Source of the DNA: Candidatus Latescibacterota bacterium
GTDB taxonomy: Bacteria > Latescibacterota > UBA2968 > UBA8231
Assembly (NCBI GenBank): GCA_965208105.1
Contig: OZ242318.1
Span: 1,024,001 to 1,088,000 of the forward strand
Reading direction: 5' to 3'
DNA length: 64,000 nucleotides
The notes under the pieces were generated by a model. It searched no databases and was not told the origin of the DNA. It saw nothing but the letters and a program-made list of their open reading frames with translations. The translations under genes were made by a program, and so were the position numbers. The first letter of the stretch is position 1, and each line of letters begins with the position of its first letter. Shown in pieces: positions 54,543 through 64,000 of this stretch.

Positions 54543-54637
54543 CGCTAACGTTTCGCCGGTTTGCGAACCTGGCGCAGCCAGGTTGCTGAAAGCCAAGCCG
54601 CCTGAAGGGCGGCGTAGCGAAAACCGGTGTGTTATGT
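54543..54637 (-). repeat. attC site
   Basis: cgctaac..ccggtttgcg aacctggcgcagccaggtt..gccgcctgaagggcggc..aaaccgg..gttatgt. Confidence 0.92.
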
Positions 54638-54644
54638 GCCGTGC

Positions 54645-55493
54645 CTACCCAACGTACGCTCGCCCAGATGATGTTTTCGAATGATCGGATTCCAGGGAAA
54701 TTTGAGTGATGGTGTCGTGGGCGCGTCCCGTGCGGTCATGGTGCACATACACGATGTCGTCAATGACGATTCGCCGATTACCCGGATACTTGCAGGTCAA
54801 GTCCCCGCCCCGGAAATACTGCCCATCATAGCGCCGGAAGAAGACGGTCCTTCCTCCTTCTTCAACGAAGGCTTCCACGAGCTCTCCACCGTTTGGTGAG
54901 GACAAGCCGGGTATGGGATCCAAGATACGAATACAACAAAACCTGTTGTCGCCGATAGTCACATCGTAGGTACCAGCACCGAGACCTTGCGCATCGGTCG
55001 TCTTGTAGGCGCCATCACTCAGGCGTTCGTACCGCCCATCGTCAACTATTCGACGATTCATAGAACCGCCCCAGTTGGCTTCGAAGGTCCTGTCGCCCAG
55101 CAATTCGAACACGCGTCTCCCACGCAAAGTCTTGACCACTCCAACCCATCGGGCACCCTGGTCGTCCAACAGTGCGTACATGTACCCGGGATTGAATTCT
55201 GTTGGCCAGTCCTTCCGATTTGCATACTCTTGCAATCGAAGCTCGACACAATCTGTGTCACGGAGCCTTGCTGGACCCACGGACACGATTTCGGTAACCC
55301 CTGTTAGCTGGAGCGTATCCGATTCATACGCGGCCCACATGCAGTGTTCCCCCAGCCTAGGTACGGCAAACCACCACTGTAGCTCCGGGCAGCCGACTTC
55401 GTCTACTCTCTCGCAACTTTCCTCGATCGTGACCTCAGGCCGCGTCAATGGAAACCCACGACTCGTCGCGTTGCTGGCGTTCTCAGGATTCAT
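54645..55493 (-). CDS. Hypothetical protein (cassette)
   Basis: 282-aa ORF filling the space between two attC sites. RBS-like GGAG upstream. No family recognised. Confidence 0.7.
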   Translation of the reverse strand: MNPENASNATSRGFPLTRPEVTIEESCERVDEVGCPELQWWFAVPRLGEHCMWAAYESDTLQLTGVTEIVSVGPARLRDTDCVELRLQEYANRKDWPTEFNPGYMYALLDDQGARWVGVVKTLRGRRVFELLGDRTFEANWGGSMNRRIVDDGRYERLSDGAYKTTDAQGLGAGTYDVTIGDNRFCCIRILDPIPGLSSPNGGELVEAFVEEGGRTVFFRRYDGQYFRGGDLTCKYPGNRRIVIDDIVYVHHDRTGRAHDTITQISLESDHSKTSSGRAYVG

Positions 55494-55549
55494 GATGGGA
55501 TCTCCGATATCGCCTTGGGAGGTCGATGTCTGTGTGCTTCTGGCATGCC

Positions 55550-55646
55550 GCCTAACGTTTCGCCGGTTTGCGAACCCCGAGCTTGGCGAGGGGGTTGCCG
55601 CAAGCCAAGGCGCGCAAGCGCCGAAGCGCAAACCGTGCTGTTAGAT
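55550..55646 (-). repeat. attC site
   Basis: gcctaac..cggtttgcgaaccccgagcttggcgagggggttgccgcaagccaa..cgcaaaccgtgctgttagat. Confidence 0.92.
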
Positions 55647-55670
55647 GAAGCTCTCTCAGAAGTCAGATCT

Positions 55671-56042
55671 TTACGCGTCAATGGCTTCACGTGTAACGGA
55701 TGGTTCGAAAAAACGCTCCTGGAACTCCGTCAAAGCCAGGATCTGCTCGTCTGAGTAGTCTCTACCGGCAGGTACGACAATGAGCTTATCATCATCGTCG
55801 TCCGATCGTTGAATGACGGCGATACATCTGCCTGTAAAAGCCTCTATCGGTTTGAAGACACCCAGGATATAGGCGTCCATATTTTCTCCGTCAGGCGCCG
55901 GAACGTCCGGAAGAAATCCGTAGTTGACAGGATAGATGAAGCCCGCTTCAGGATGCCTGGAGCCAAGGGGTCGATCAATCGTAAGATCGACCATTTCTCC
56001 GATGAACTTCCTTGCATCCACGAAATTCTCCGTCATGGTCAT
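55671..56042 (-). CDS. Small inorganic pyrophosphatase-like protein (first cassette)
   Basis: IDRPLGSRHP..YPVNYG..DGENMDAY..DDDDDKLIV. Confidence 0.8.
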   Translation of the reverse strand: MTMTENFVDARKFIGEMVDLTIDRPLGSRHPEAGFIYPVNYGFLPDVPAPDGENMDAYILGVFKPIEAFTGRCIAVIQRSDDDDDKLIVVPAGRDYSDEQILALTEFQERFFEPSVTREAIDA

Positions 56043-56086
56043 TTAATCTCCCAGCCATGTTGAAGTGAGGCAACGCTGCTCCGAGT

Positions 56087-56365
56087 TTCATCTAACTGCC
56101 TATATGCGAACCATGGTTTCGCATAATGGCCTCCAAGTGCTGCTAATCTGAAACGAAGGTACCTATTGTCGAGAGCGGTCGCAACTAACGCCCACAATAC
56201 TTTAAATTCGCGTAACTCCTTTATATTTAAATAGATAAATCGATTCTTCATCGATTCTGTGCGACGACAACCGGTTCATCAGGAATCCTGCCGGACCCTT
56301 GCGTACTGTCCCAGCGAATTACATAGTACCGGGTACCGGTATCGGCGCCGAATTTTCATTCATTG
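56087..56365 (-). promoter_or_regulatory. Conserved array leader copy 2: attI-like site, Pc-like promoter, IHF-like box, divergent promoter
   Basis: Core GTTAGAT (56096-56090), palindrome TATGCGAA-ccatggt-TTCGCATA, minus TTGCGA-17-TACCTT (56184-56156), minus TATAAAGGAGTTA (56225-56213), plus TTGCGT-17-CATAGT (56299-56327). Confidence 0.78.
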
Positions 56366-56378
56366 AGGAGGAACTGGT

Positions 56379-56825
56379 ATGATCCGAGCCGTCACCTCGG
56401 AGGACATGATTGCTTGCGCACGTCTATTCGCGAAGGTCTTCTCCGAATGGCCGTACGAGGAATCGTGGACCATTGCCCAAGCCCACGACTACCTCGATCG
56501 GTTCTGGAGGTTCGATTCCGAGCATTGTCTCGTCGCTCTTGACAAAGATGAGGTTATCGGAGCGATGTTCGGATACTGCTACCCCTGGCAGAACAGAATC
56601 AACTACTACATGCAGGAGCTCTTTGTCGAGGCGGATCGGCGGCGGTCGGGCCATGGTCGAAAGCTGGTGCGCCATCTGCTCGACGGGCTTGGAGAATCAG
56701 GTACATCCATGTCCCTGATCGCCAATGAGGCAACGCCGGCTGCCGCCTTCTACCAGGAGCTTGGACTGCGGCAGCATAGATACTACAAGTTCTACTGTGG
56801 TACGGTGAACAGGGGCGACGAGTAG
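56379..56825 (+). CDS. GNAT family N-acetyltransferase
   Basis: VFSEWPYEESW, YMQELFV..RRRSGHGRKL, AAAFYQELG. Confidence 0.88.
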   Translation: MIRAVTSEDMIACARLFAKVFSEWPYEESWTIAQAHDYLDRFWRFDSEHCLVALDKDEVIGAMFGYCYPWQNRINYYMQELFVEADRRRSGHGRKLVRHLLDGLGESGTSMSLIANEATPAAAFYQELGLRQHRYYKFYCGTVNRGDE

Positions 56826-56955
56826 CCCGTCGTATAACCAGGTCGAATTCTCAGGGTCATGATTCCTCCTGAAGATTATCAGCGCACATCTTGACATCGC
56901 CATTTAAAATTATGGATTCAATGACGGTCGTTTCATTCTGCTCGAACTCGTTGGA

Positions 56956-59319
56956 GTGAACCACTCGATGCTGGGAATAGCCATATCCGCCGTTCTGTTC
57001 ATGGGCATGGTGCTGCCGACGCGCGCCCAAATTGAAAAGAGCGATCTCTACATCGGCCTATTGCTCGACTTCGGGGCCGAGGCGACCGGTGCGGAGCGGG
57101 ACTTGGCGCTCCTGCAGGAGGAAATCCACAAGGTGCTGGGGGTCGACAAGTCGGTCCATTTCCTCCCCGAGCACATGCGCTTTTCCGCCGGGCACGCAGG
57201 CTATATGTCCCTGGCCAACGACCCGGCGGTCGACCTGATCATTGTCGCCGGGCCGGCCAGCGCGGCGATGCTGGCCGCTCAAGGAGCCCTGCCCAAACCG
57301 ACGATCGCCGTGGGGATACTGGATGTGGAGTTACAGCAGATTCCCCTCGTCGAGCCTGGCGTCTCCGGGGTGCGAAATTTCACCTATGTCCTCGGTACCC
57401 ACTCGATCGAAAAGGACCTGGCGGCGTTCCACCGCATCCATCCCTTTGCCCATCTGGCCGTCGTCGTCAGTGAAAACCTGAAGGGCAGGCTGGATTTCGA
57501 GGGTTTCTTCGAACGCATTGCGGCGCCTTACGGGGCCCAGGTGGAGGTGTTTTTTTGGGGGGAAGAAACCTCTCTACCGACCCTGAACGACGGGGTCGAC
57601 ACGGTCTATCTGGCGGCGGTCTTCGAGCGCTCCCTGGAGGAGGTCGGCCTGCTGGCTGAGGCCCTCGCCGAGCGCAGTCTGCCTTCCTTTGCCATGAGCC
57701 GGTCTTATGTGGATGCGGGAATCATGGCCTGTATCGGCGACGAGAGCGGCCGCGACCATATTTTCCGCAAGCTGGCCCTGATCGTCGAGGGAGTGGCGCT
57801 GGGAGAGGAACTGGCGGCTATGCCCGTGCGGTACAATCTCGACGAGCAATGGGTGCTGAATGCCGCAACGATCCGCCGAATCGGTTTCGACCTCTCGTTT
57901 GAAGCGCTGTTTTCCGCCCGCTTCCTCAAGGCCGACGAACCCACAAGCGACCGCCGCTTGAGCTTGCAGGAGGTTATCGCCGAAGGCTTGCGGAGCAACC
58001 TCGACCTGCGCATTGAAGAGGGCAACCTCGATTTGGCCGGCCAGGATTTGCGCCGGGCAAAGTCGTCCCTGTTGCCCACGGTAGAAACCTCGGCCACAAT
58101 GCTGCAGATCGACCCGGACGCGGCGGAGCGCGCTTTTGGTCAACAGCCCGAGCGCACCGGCGCGGGTACTGGGACCGTGCAGCAGGTGCTGTTTTCCGAG
58201 CAGGTCTTCGCCAGCGTCAAAATCCAGCGCTACCTGGCCGAGGCCGCCCGCCATCGCGCCGATCTGGTCGCGCTCGACGTGGTGCTGAACCTGGCGACGG
58301 CCTATTTCAATATCCTGCTGGCCAAGACCGGGGGGCGCATCCAGGATGAAAACCTCGAGGTCTCGCGCCGCAATCTGAAGATAGCCCGCACCAGAAATGC
58401 CGTCGGCTATGCTGGCGTGGCCGACGTATTCCGCTGGGAGAGCGAAGTGGCTCGGGCCACCCAAGCCTCGATCGAGGCTTTCAACAACCTCTACCTGGCC
58501 AAAGTGCAGCTCAACCGCTTGCTCAACCGGACCGATATCGGCGAGGAGTTCGAGGTGGAGGATGCCCGGCTTTCCGACGAACTTTTTGGCCGCTTCGACC
58601 CGGCCCGCATCGGTCCCCTGATCGACCGCGCCGGCGATGTGGAGATCCTCACCGACTTTCTCGTCGAAGAAGCCCTGCAAAACATGCCTTCGCTCAAGCA
58701 GCTGGCGGCCAATATGAAGGCAGCCGAGCGCCGGCAGCAGATGAACCGGCGGCTCTACTACCTGCCTGCGGTGGCTTTGCGCGGACAGGCCGACTACACC
58801 TTCTGGCGCGCCGGCAAGGGCATGCCTCCGGCCTCCTCCGAGCCCCTCGACGGCACATGGAACCTGGCCCTCCACTTCAGCTATCCCCTCTTTCAGGGCA
58901 ACCAGCGCAAGATCGCCATCGTCCAGACCGCGATTCAGCAGCAGCAACTCCGCCTCCAGGAGGAGAGTCTGCGCCAGCAGCTCGCCCAGGCCGTCCGGGT
59001 GCGGATGACGAACCTGGTGTCCAGGCGCACCAACATACACTTTGCCGAGGTGGCCGCTGCAAGCGCGCAGAAGAACTTTGATCTGGTGCAGGACGCTTAC
59101 GAGAAGGGCCAACTGGCGATCACCCAACTGGTGGATGCCCAACGCGCCGCCCTTTCCGCCCGTCAGGCCGAGGCCGGGGCCGTCTATGAATACCTGGTCA
59201 GCTATCTGCAGTTGGAAAACAGCATCGGAGGCTACACCATGTTCATGACTTCAGAGGAGCAGGAGGCCTTTGTCGGGCGCTTGACGGCCTTCTTCTCCAA
59301 AAGAAAGAATGCACCATGA
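56956..59319 (+). CDS. TolC-family outer membrane factor with N-terminal ABC substrate-binding-like domain
   Basis: The C-terminal ~450 aa form OEP repeats (LSLQEVIAEGLRSN, AYFNILLA, YEKGQLAITQLVDAQ). The N-terminal ~320 aa are periplasmic-binding-like. Confidence 0.85.
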   Translation: MNHSMLGIAISAVLFMGMVLPTRAQIEKSDLYIGLLLDFGAEATGAERDLALLQEEIHKVLGVDKSVHFLPEHMRFSAGHAGYMSLANDPAVDLIIVAGPASAAMLAAQGALPKPTIAVGILDVELQQIPLVEPGVSGVRNFTYVLGTHSIEKDLAAFHRIHPFAHLAVVVSENLKGRLDFEGFFERIAAPYGAQVEVFFWGEETSLPTLNDGVDTVYLAAVFERSLEEVGLLAEALAERSLPSFAMSRSYVDAGIMACIGDESGRDHIFRKLALIVEGVALGEELAAMPVRYNLDEQWVLNAATIRRIGFDLSFEALFSARFLKADEPTSDRRLSLQEVIAEGLRSNLDLRIEEGNLDLAGQDLRRAKSSLLPTVETSATMLQIDPDAAERAFGQQPERTGAGTGTVQQVLFSEQVFASVKIQRYLAEAARHRADLVALDVVLNLATAYFNILLAKTGGRIQDENLEVSRRNLKIARTRNAVGYAGVADVFRWESEVARATQASIEAFNNLYLAKVQLNRLLNRTDIGEEFEVEDARLSDELFGRFDPARIGPLIDRAGDVEILTDFLVEEALQNMPSLKQLAANMKAAERRQQMNRRLYYLPAVALRGQADYTFWRAGKGMPPASSEPLDGTWNLALHFSYPLFQGNQRKIAIVQTAIQQQQLRLQEESLRQQLAQAVRVRMTNLVSRRTNIHFAEVAAASAQKNFDLVQDAYEKGQLAITQLVDAQRAALSARQAEAGAVYEYLVSYLQLENSIGGYTMFMTSEEQEAFVGRLTAFFSKRKNAP

Positions 59320-60425
59320 AGCGAGGTATCATGCCAAAGCGGAATTTCGAAACTGCCGGGGTTTTTGCAGCGGCGATGGGCCTGTGGATTGGCTGCGGCG
59401 ACGAGCCACAGGTTGCCGAACCCATCCGCCCGGTAAAATACGCCGAAGTCCGTCCCGCCAGCGCCGTCCAGAGCCAGCGCTTTGCCGGCACTGCCAAAGC
59501 CGGCGTCGAAGCCAGGCTAAGCTTCAGAACGGGTGGGCTTATCGAATCGATCAGCGTCAAGGTGGGCGACCAGGTCGAAGCGGGTCAGCGCATTGCCACC
59601 CTGGACAGCCGGGATGCGGTGCTCGCGCATCAACAGGCCAAGGCCGCGCTGGAAAATGCCCGCGTGCAGAAGGCCAATTCCCAGTCAATGCTCATTCGCG
59701 TGCGGCAGCTCTACCAGGCCAACAATGTCTCCCTCGCCGAGTACGAACAGGCCAAGAACGGCTTTGCCTCGGCCACGTCCAGTTACGAATCGGCCCGGAA
59801 GAGTTTGGATTTGCAGGAGCGCCAGCTGGGCTACAATGAGATATACGCCCCTGTCGCCGGCATAGTCACCGCGGTCCACAACGAGGTCAACGAGGTAATC
59901 CAGGCCGGCGCGCCCCTGGTAGAGTTGAGCGCAGGCAAGGACATTGAAATGGAGGTAGGGGTGCCCGAGGGCTATATCGCTCGAATCCAGACCGGACAGC
60001 CGGTGCGCGTGCGTTTTTCAGCCCTTCCCGGACTGGATTTTGCAGCCCAGGTGCGCGAGATAGCATACGCGCTCGACGCCTCCAGCACCTATCCGGTCAT
60101 CGTGCAGCTCGACGCCCCTTCCCCGTCCATTCGCCCCGGCATGGCCGGAGAGGTGGAATTTCGCTTTGGCTCCGGCGAGCCTTCGGAGGACCCGCTCGTG
60201 GTACCCGTTAAAGCGGTAGGGGAAGACGCCAACGGCCAATTTGTCTTTGTCATAGACGGGATCGACAAGGGCCTGGGAACGATCCACCGCCGGCCGATTC
60301 GGGTGGGCAAGTTGCTGGCAGACGGATTTATCGTGGAAGATGGGCTCGCCGACCGGGAGTTGGTCGCCACCGCGGGCCTCAGATCGCTCTTGAACGGGAT
60401 GAAAGTGCGCCTTTGGCAAGAGTGA
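59316..60425 (+). CDS. RND efflux membrane fusion protein
   Basis: IRPVK, LSFRTGG..VKVGDQVEAGQRIATLD, IYAPVAG, IRPGMAG. Confidence 0.93.
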   Translation: MKRGIMPKRNFETAGVFAAAMGLWIGCGDEPQVAEPIRPVKYAEVRPASAVQSQRFAGTAKAGVEARLSFRTGGLIESISVKVGDQVEAGQRIATLDSRDAVLAHQQAKAALENARVQKANSQSMLIRVRQLYQANNVSLAEYEQAKNGFASATSSYESARKSLDLQERQLGYNEIYAPVAGIVTAVHNEVNEVIQAGAPLVELSAGKDIEMEVGVPEGYIARIQTGQPVRVRFSALPGLDFAAQVREIAYALDASSTYPVIVQLDAPSPSIRPGMAGEVEFRFGSGEPSEDPLVVPVKAVGEDANGQFVFVIDGIDKGLGTIHRRPIRVGKLLADGFIVEDGLADRELVATAGLRSLLNGMKVRLWQE

Positions 60426-60453
60426 GACGCACCCGGCCTGAACGGACCCTGCT

Positions 60454-63400
60454 ATGAACCTCACCCGAATCGCCCTGGAGAACAACCGCGTCACCATCGT
60501 GGTCCTGTTCGTCGTTGCGCTGCTGGGCTTATTGGGCTATCAGACGATGCCACGCGACAGTATGCCCCCCTACACGGTCCGCGTCGCCTCGGTGGTGACC
60601 GGCTTTTCCGGGGCCGGTCCCGAGCGCGTCGAAGCCCTGATCACCAGCAAGATCGAAGAAGCCGCGCAGGAGTTGCCCGAGCTGAAAACCGTTGCCAGTG
60701 AGTCGCGGACGGGCTTGTCGATAGTTTCGGTAGAGCTCAAACAGGAAGTAGCTCCGGAGGAACTCCAGGCCGTATGGGACCGATTGCGCCGCAAGATTGA
60801 GACCATCCGCTCGGATTTGCCCGAGGGCATCCATGGCCCCGAGGTCAATGACGATGGGGTCGGGGTGGTGTACGGCATCGTGATCGGCCTGACCGGGGAT
60901 GGGTTCACCTTTGCCGAGCTCGAGGCCTACGCCAAAAGACTGCGGGACGATCTGATCAAGCTGCCCGACGCGGCCGAGGTAAGGATAAGCGGCATCCAGG
61001 AAGAGCGGATCTACCTGCAATTCAACGATGCCCGGCTGGCCGAGTTGGGACTCTCTGCCCAAAAGATCAAGAACAGCATCGCCAGTACCAACATCGTTTT
61101 TTCCGGCGGCGAGGTCAGCCTCGAGGACGAACGCCTGGTGCTCGAACCGACCGGCAGTTACGCCGGACTGGACGATCTGGGAAGGACGATGATCGCAGTG
61201 GGCAAGGGCGGGAGCGTGTACCTCGGCGATGTAACCCGCGTCGTGCGGGACTATGAGACACCCCGGCAGCGCCTGGTCAAGATCAACGGTCAGCCGGGGC
61301 TTGCACTATCGGTGGCGCTCAGCGAAGGGGCCAATATCATCCAGTTGGGGAAAGAGATCGACCAGCTGGTAGCCCTCCACCAGGCGCGGCTGCCTCTCGG
61401 CATAACCCTCGACAGAGTGGCTTCCCAGGACTTCGAGGTAGAAAAATCGGTCGCCAACTTCACCAACAATCTCCTGCAGAGCGTCGCTATCGTGCTGTTG
61501 TCCATGCTGCTCTTTCTGGGTCTGCGCACCGGTATGGTCGTAGCCAGCCTCATTCCCATGACCATTGTCGCCACCCTGTTCATCATGGGGATACTCGATA
61601 TCGGTCTCAATCAGGTGTCCCTGGCGGCGTTGATCATGGCCCTGGGCATGCTGGTGGACAATGCCATCGTGGTGTCCGAAGCTATCGTGGTCAAGATGGA
61701 AAAGGGCACCGATGCCAAAGAGGCGGCCATCGAGTCGGCTCGGGAGCTGGCCGTGCCGCTTCTGGTCTCTTCGCTGACCACTTCAGCCGCGTTCCTGTCC
61801 TTCTTTCTGGCCGCGTCCATCATGGGCGAGATGATGGCGCCGCTTTTCAGTGTGATTACCATAGCTCTGCTCTCCTCCTGGTTGCTTTCCCTGACCATGG
61901 TCACGTTGCTGGCGGTGTTTTTCATTCGAGTGAAACGGCAGGCCTCGCAGCCCGGGAAAAGCGCTTTTATCGATCGCCTCAACGGCCAGTATAAAGGCCT
62001 GCTGCTCAAGGCCCTTGCGCGCCCCTATTCATTCATGGGCATCATCGCCGGGTTGTTTGTATTTTCGCTTCTCGGCTTTGGTTTCCTGCCGTTCATCTTC
62101 TTTCCCGACAGCGAACGCAACCTGTTGACGGTAAACCTGAATTTGCCCCTGGGCACCAAGATCGAGACCACGACTGCCCGGGTGGAACGGCTCGAGGCGT
62201 ATATCGCGGACAGCCTTTTGGTGAGCGAAGAACGGCGGCGCGGGGTAGCGGACTGGGCGGCCTTCGTCAGCGAGGGGACGCCTCCCTACGATCTGGGTTA
62301 TCAGCCGGGTGAGGCCAACTCGGGCTACGCCCACATGTTGCTCAATACCAGTTCAGGCGACGATAACCAGTGGGTAATCGACCGCCTTAATGACTTTTGT
62401 TTCCGCTCCTTTCCCGATGCCGAGGTGCAGGTTTCGAGGCTGGCGGGGGGAGGAGGCGGAAGAGACGTGGCCGTGCGGATAACAGGGCCGGACCCCAATG
62501 AGCTGTTCGGCCTCGCCGAGCGCATCAAGCAAAAACTCAACGGAATACCCACTGCGCAGAATATCGGCGACGATTGGGGCCCCAAGATCAAAAAAGTCGT
62601 CGTTGACATCGACCAGTCCAAGACCCGGAACGCCGGCCTGACCAACCAGGATATCGCCCTCTCGTTGCAGACCGCGCTCACGGGGTTCAATACCGGTGCT
62701 TTCCGCGAGGGCGACCAGAGCCTCCCCATTGTCCTGCGCAACGAAAGCAGCCAGGACGTCGATGTGCGCCAACTGGAGAGCATCAACATCTACGCCCAGG
62801 GGTCGGGCAACAACGTGCCGCTGGGACAAGTGGCGCAGATCGTGCCTCAGTGGCAACTCGCCAAGATCAAACGGCGCGACCTGTACCGCACCTTGACCGT
62901 GACCTGCGACGCCAAAAGCGGTTATACGGCGCAGGACATCACCGACGAGCTCATCCCCTGGCTCGAAGATGACAGCGAATCGTGGAAGCCGGGCTATCGC
63001 TACGAGTTGGGCGGCGAGTCGGAGCAGAGCAGCGAGGCCATGAGCGCGGTCGTCGCCAAGCTGCCGCTGTCGGGCTTTATCATTCTGGCGCTGTTGATCG
63101 TCCAGTTCAACTCCTTCCGCAAGACCTTCATCGTGCTGAGCACCATTCCCCTCGGCCTGATCGGGGTCATCGCCGGTCTGCTCGTCTTCCGCTCCTTCTT
63201 TGGTTTCTTCGCCTTTCTCGGACTAATCTCGCTGGCCGGAATCGTCATCAACAACGCGATCGTGCTCATAGACCGCATACAAATCGAGCTGAACCAGTCC
63301 GGGAGGGCGTCTATCGAAGCGATCGTCGCCGCGGCTCAGCAGCGTTTTCGCCCCATCCTGCTGACCACCTGCACGACGACGCTGGGGCTTATTCCCCTCT

Positions 63401-63528
63401 ATCTGGGCGGTGGGCTGATGTGGGAGCCGATGGCGGTGGCCATCATGGTGGGCCTGCTCTTTGCCACTGTGATCACCTTGCTGTTCGTGCCGGTGCTCTA
63501 CAAAATCCTATTTGCGATCGAAAACTGA
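60454..63528 (+). CDS. RND efflux permease (AcrB/AcrD/AcrF family)
   Basis: 1024 aa with GAGPERVE, LGMLVDNAIVV, GIVINNAIVL, RFRPILLT. Confidence 0.95.
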   Translation: MNLTRIALENNRVTIVVLFVVALLGLLGYQTMPRDSMPPYTVRVASVVTGFSGAGPERVEALITSKIEEAAQELPELKTVASESRTGLSIVSVELKQEVAPEELQAVWDRLRRKIETIRSDLPEGIHGPEVNDDGVGVVYGIVIGLTGDGFTFAELEAYAKRLRDDLIKLPDAAEVRISGIQEERIYLQFNDARLAELGLSAQKIKNSIASTNIVFSGGEVSLEDERLVLEPTGSYAGLDDLGRTMIAVGKGGSVYLGDVTRVVRDYETPRQRLVKINGQPGLALSVALSEGANIIQLGKEIDQLVALHQARLPLGITLDRVASQDFEVEKSVANFTNNLLQSVAIVLLSMLLFLGLRTGMVVASLIPMTIVATLFIMGILDIGLNQVSLAALIMALGMLVDNAIVVSEAIVVKMEKGTDAKEAAIESARELAVPLLVSSLTTSAAFLSFFLAASIMGEMMAPLFSVITIALLSSWLLSLTMVTLLAVFFIRVKRQASQPGKSAFIDRLNGQYKGLLLKALARPYSFMGIIAGLFVFSLLGFGFLPFIFFPDSERNLLTVNLNLPLGTKIETTTARVERLEAYIADSLLVSEERRRGVADWAAFVSEGTPPYDLGYQPGEANSGYAHMLLNTSSGDDNQWVIDRLNDFCFRSFPDAEVQVSRLAGGGGGRDVAVRITGPDPNELFGLAERIKQKLNGIPTAQNIGDDWGPKIKKVVVDIDQSKTRNAGLTNQDIALSLQTALTGFNTGAFREGDQSLPIVLRNESSQDVDVRQLESINIYAQGSGNNVPLGQVAQIVPQWQLAKIKRRDLYRTLTVTCDAKSGYTAQDITDELIPWLEDDSESWKPGYRYELGGESEQSSEAMSAVVAKLPLSGFIILALLIVQFNSFRKTFIVLSTIPLGLIGVIAGLLVFRSFFGFFAFLGLISLAGIVINNAIVLIDRIQIELNQSGRASIEAIVAAAQQRFRPILLTTCTTTLGLIPLYLGGGLMWEPMAVAIMVGLLFATVITLLFVPVLYKILFAIEN

Positions 63529-63622
63529 CCTTATGAAAAGACCCAGGAAGACAGAGTGTCATGCGAGATGCCATGCAGTGCCACACCAAATTTGACGTTA
63601 AGCGGGTTATATGGAGGTTTCC

Positions 63623-64000
63623 ATGCTGACTGAAGAACAGGTGCGACAGTTTCTAGAAGAGGGCTATCTCGTTTTCGAGGCCCTGATTCAAGGCGAAAGA
63701 TTGGCCTATTACAAGCAGGTGTTTGACGAGCTGGTCGCCGAGGGGAGTAAATTGACCGAGCAGGAGTCGCACTGGGCCCTCGAGTTGGACGAGCGCGGTG
63801 AGCCCCTGGCGGGTTTGCTGAACAAGATCCAGGGTGTCTGCGTGGTCGATGCCCGGGTTTTGGATCTGGCGCGCGAGCCGGCGATTTTGGACCGAGTGAC
63901 AGCATTGATCGGAGAGAACATCGATGTGTTCGGCACCAAGTTTTTTCCGAAGCTGCCCAATGGCGGCACCTCGACGGGCTGGCACCAGGACAGCTTCTAT
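63623..64000 (+). CDS. PhyH family dioxygenase, runs off the window end
   Basis: RBS GGAGG, then MLTEEQVRQFLEEGYL..TKFFPKLP..TGWHQD. Absent from the ORF track because it has no stop within the window. Confidence 0.8.
   Translation, partial: MLTEEQVRQFLEEGYLVFEALIQGERLAYYKQVFDELVAEGSKLTEQESHWALELDERGEPLAGLLNKIQGVCVVDARVLDLAREPAILDRVTALIGENIDVFGTKFFPKLPNGGTSTGWHQDSFY

Larger units (their letters stand above)
52448..56096 (-). mobile_element. Integron gene-cassette array 3 (5 cassettes, 5 attC, attI-like head, no integrase)
   Basis: Same attC family as array 1, complementary cassette ends, headed by leader copy 2. Confidence 0.92.

Noticed and set aside
57574-59142. 522-aa minus-strand ORF and similar long antisense ORFs (30162-31535, 51259-52539)
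   Set aside because: Shadows of well-supported genes on the opposite strand
1-64000. Integron integrase, tRNA or rRNA genes
   Set aside because: No ORF shows the tyrosine recombinase R..HxxR..Y motifs, and I recognised no tRNA or rRNA sequence

Overview
64-kb GC-rich bacterial chromosomal window of catabolic and transport genes, interrupted by three integron-type gene-cassette arrays on the minus strand (13.1-22.8 kb, 28.3-32.2 kb, 52.4-56.1 kb). I count 18 attC-like sites of one family, some degenerate. No tyrosine recombinase (IntI) is encoded in the window. Two of the arrays begin with the same ~270-bp non-coding leader (22765-23040 and 56087-56365). This leader holds an attI-like core, a palindrome, a cassette-facing sigma70-like promoter, an IHF-like box and a divergent promoter that faces unrelated genes instead of intI. 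This suggests a dispersed, multi-locus integron served in trans. Several cassettes carry a compensated non-canonical GAT core. The window also holds an IS1111-type IS110 element inserted at the end of a MITE and a SoxR locus whose soxbox controls a Rieske-fusion gene. There are five toxin-antitoxin pairs; both toxins in array 1 are broken. Other content includes a radical SAM/two-component/TonB module flanked by a ~255-bp repeat, an RND efflux operon, and several short decayed duplicates of neighbouring genes. PhyH genes, an ankyrin protein, DUF1080 proteins and a C-terminal SWGxLK motif hint at a Latescibacterota/Poribacteria-like host (inference only). All protein calls come from motif recognition, not database searches.
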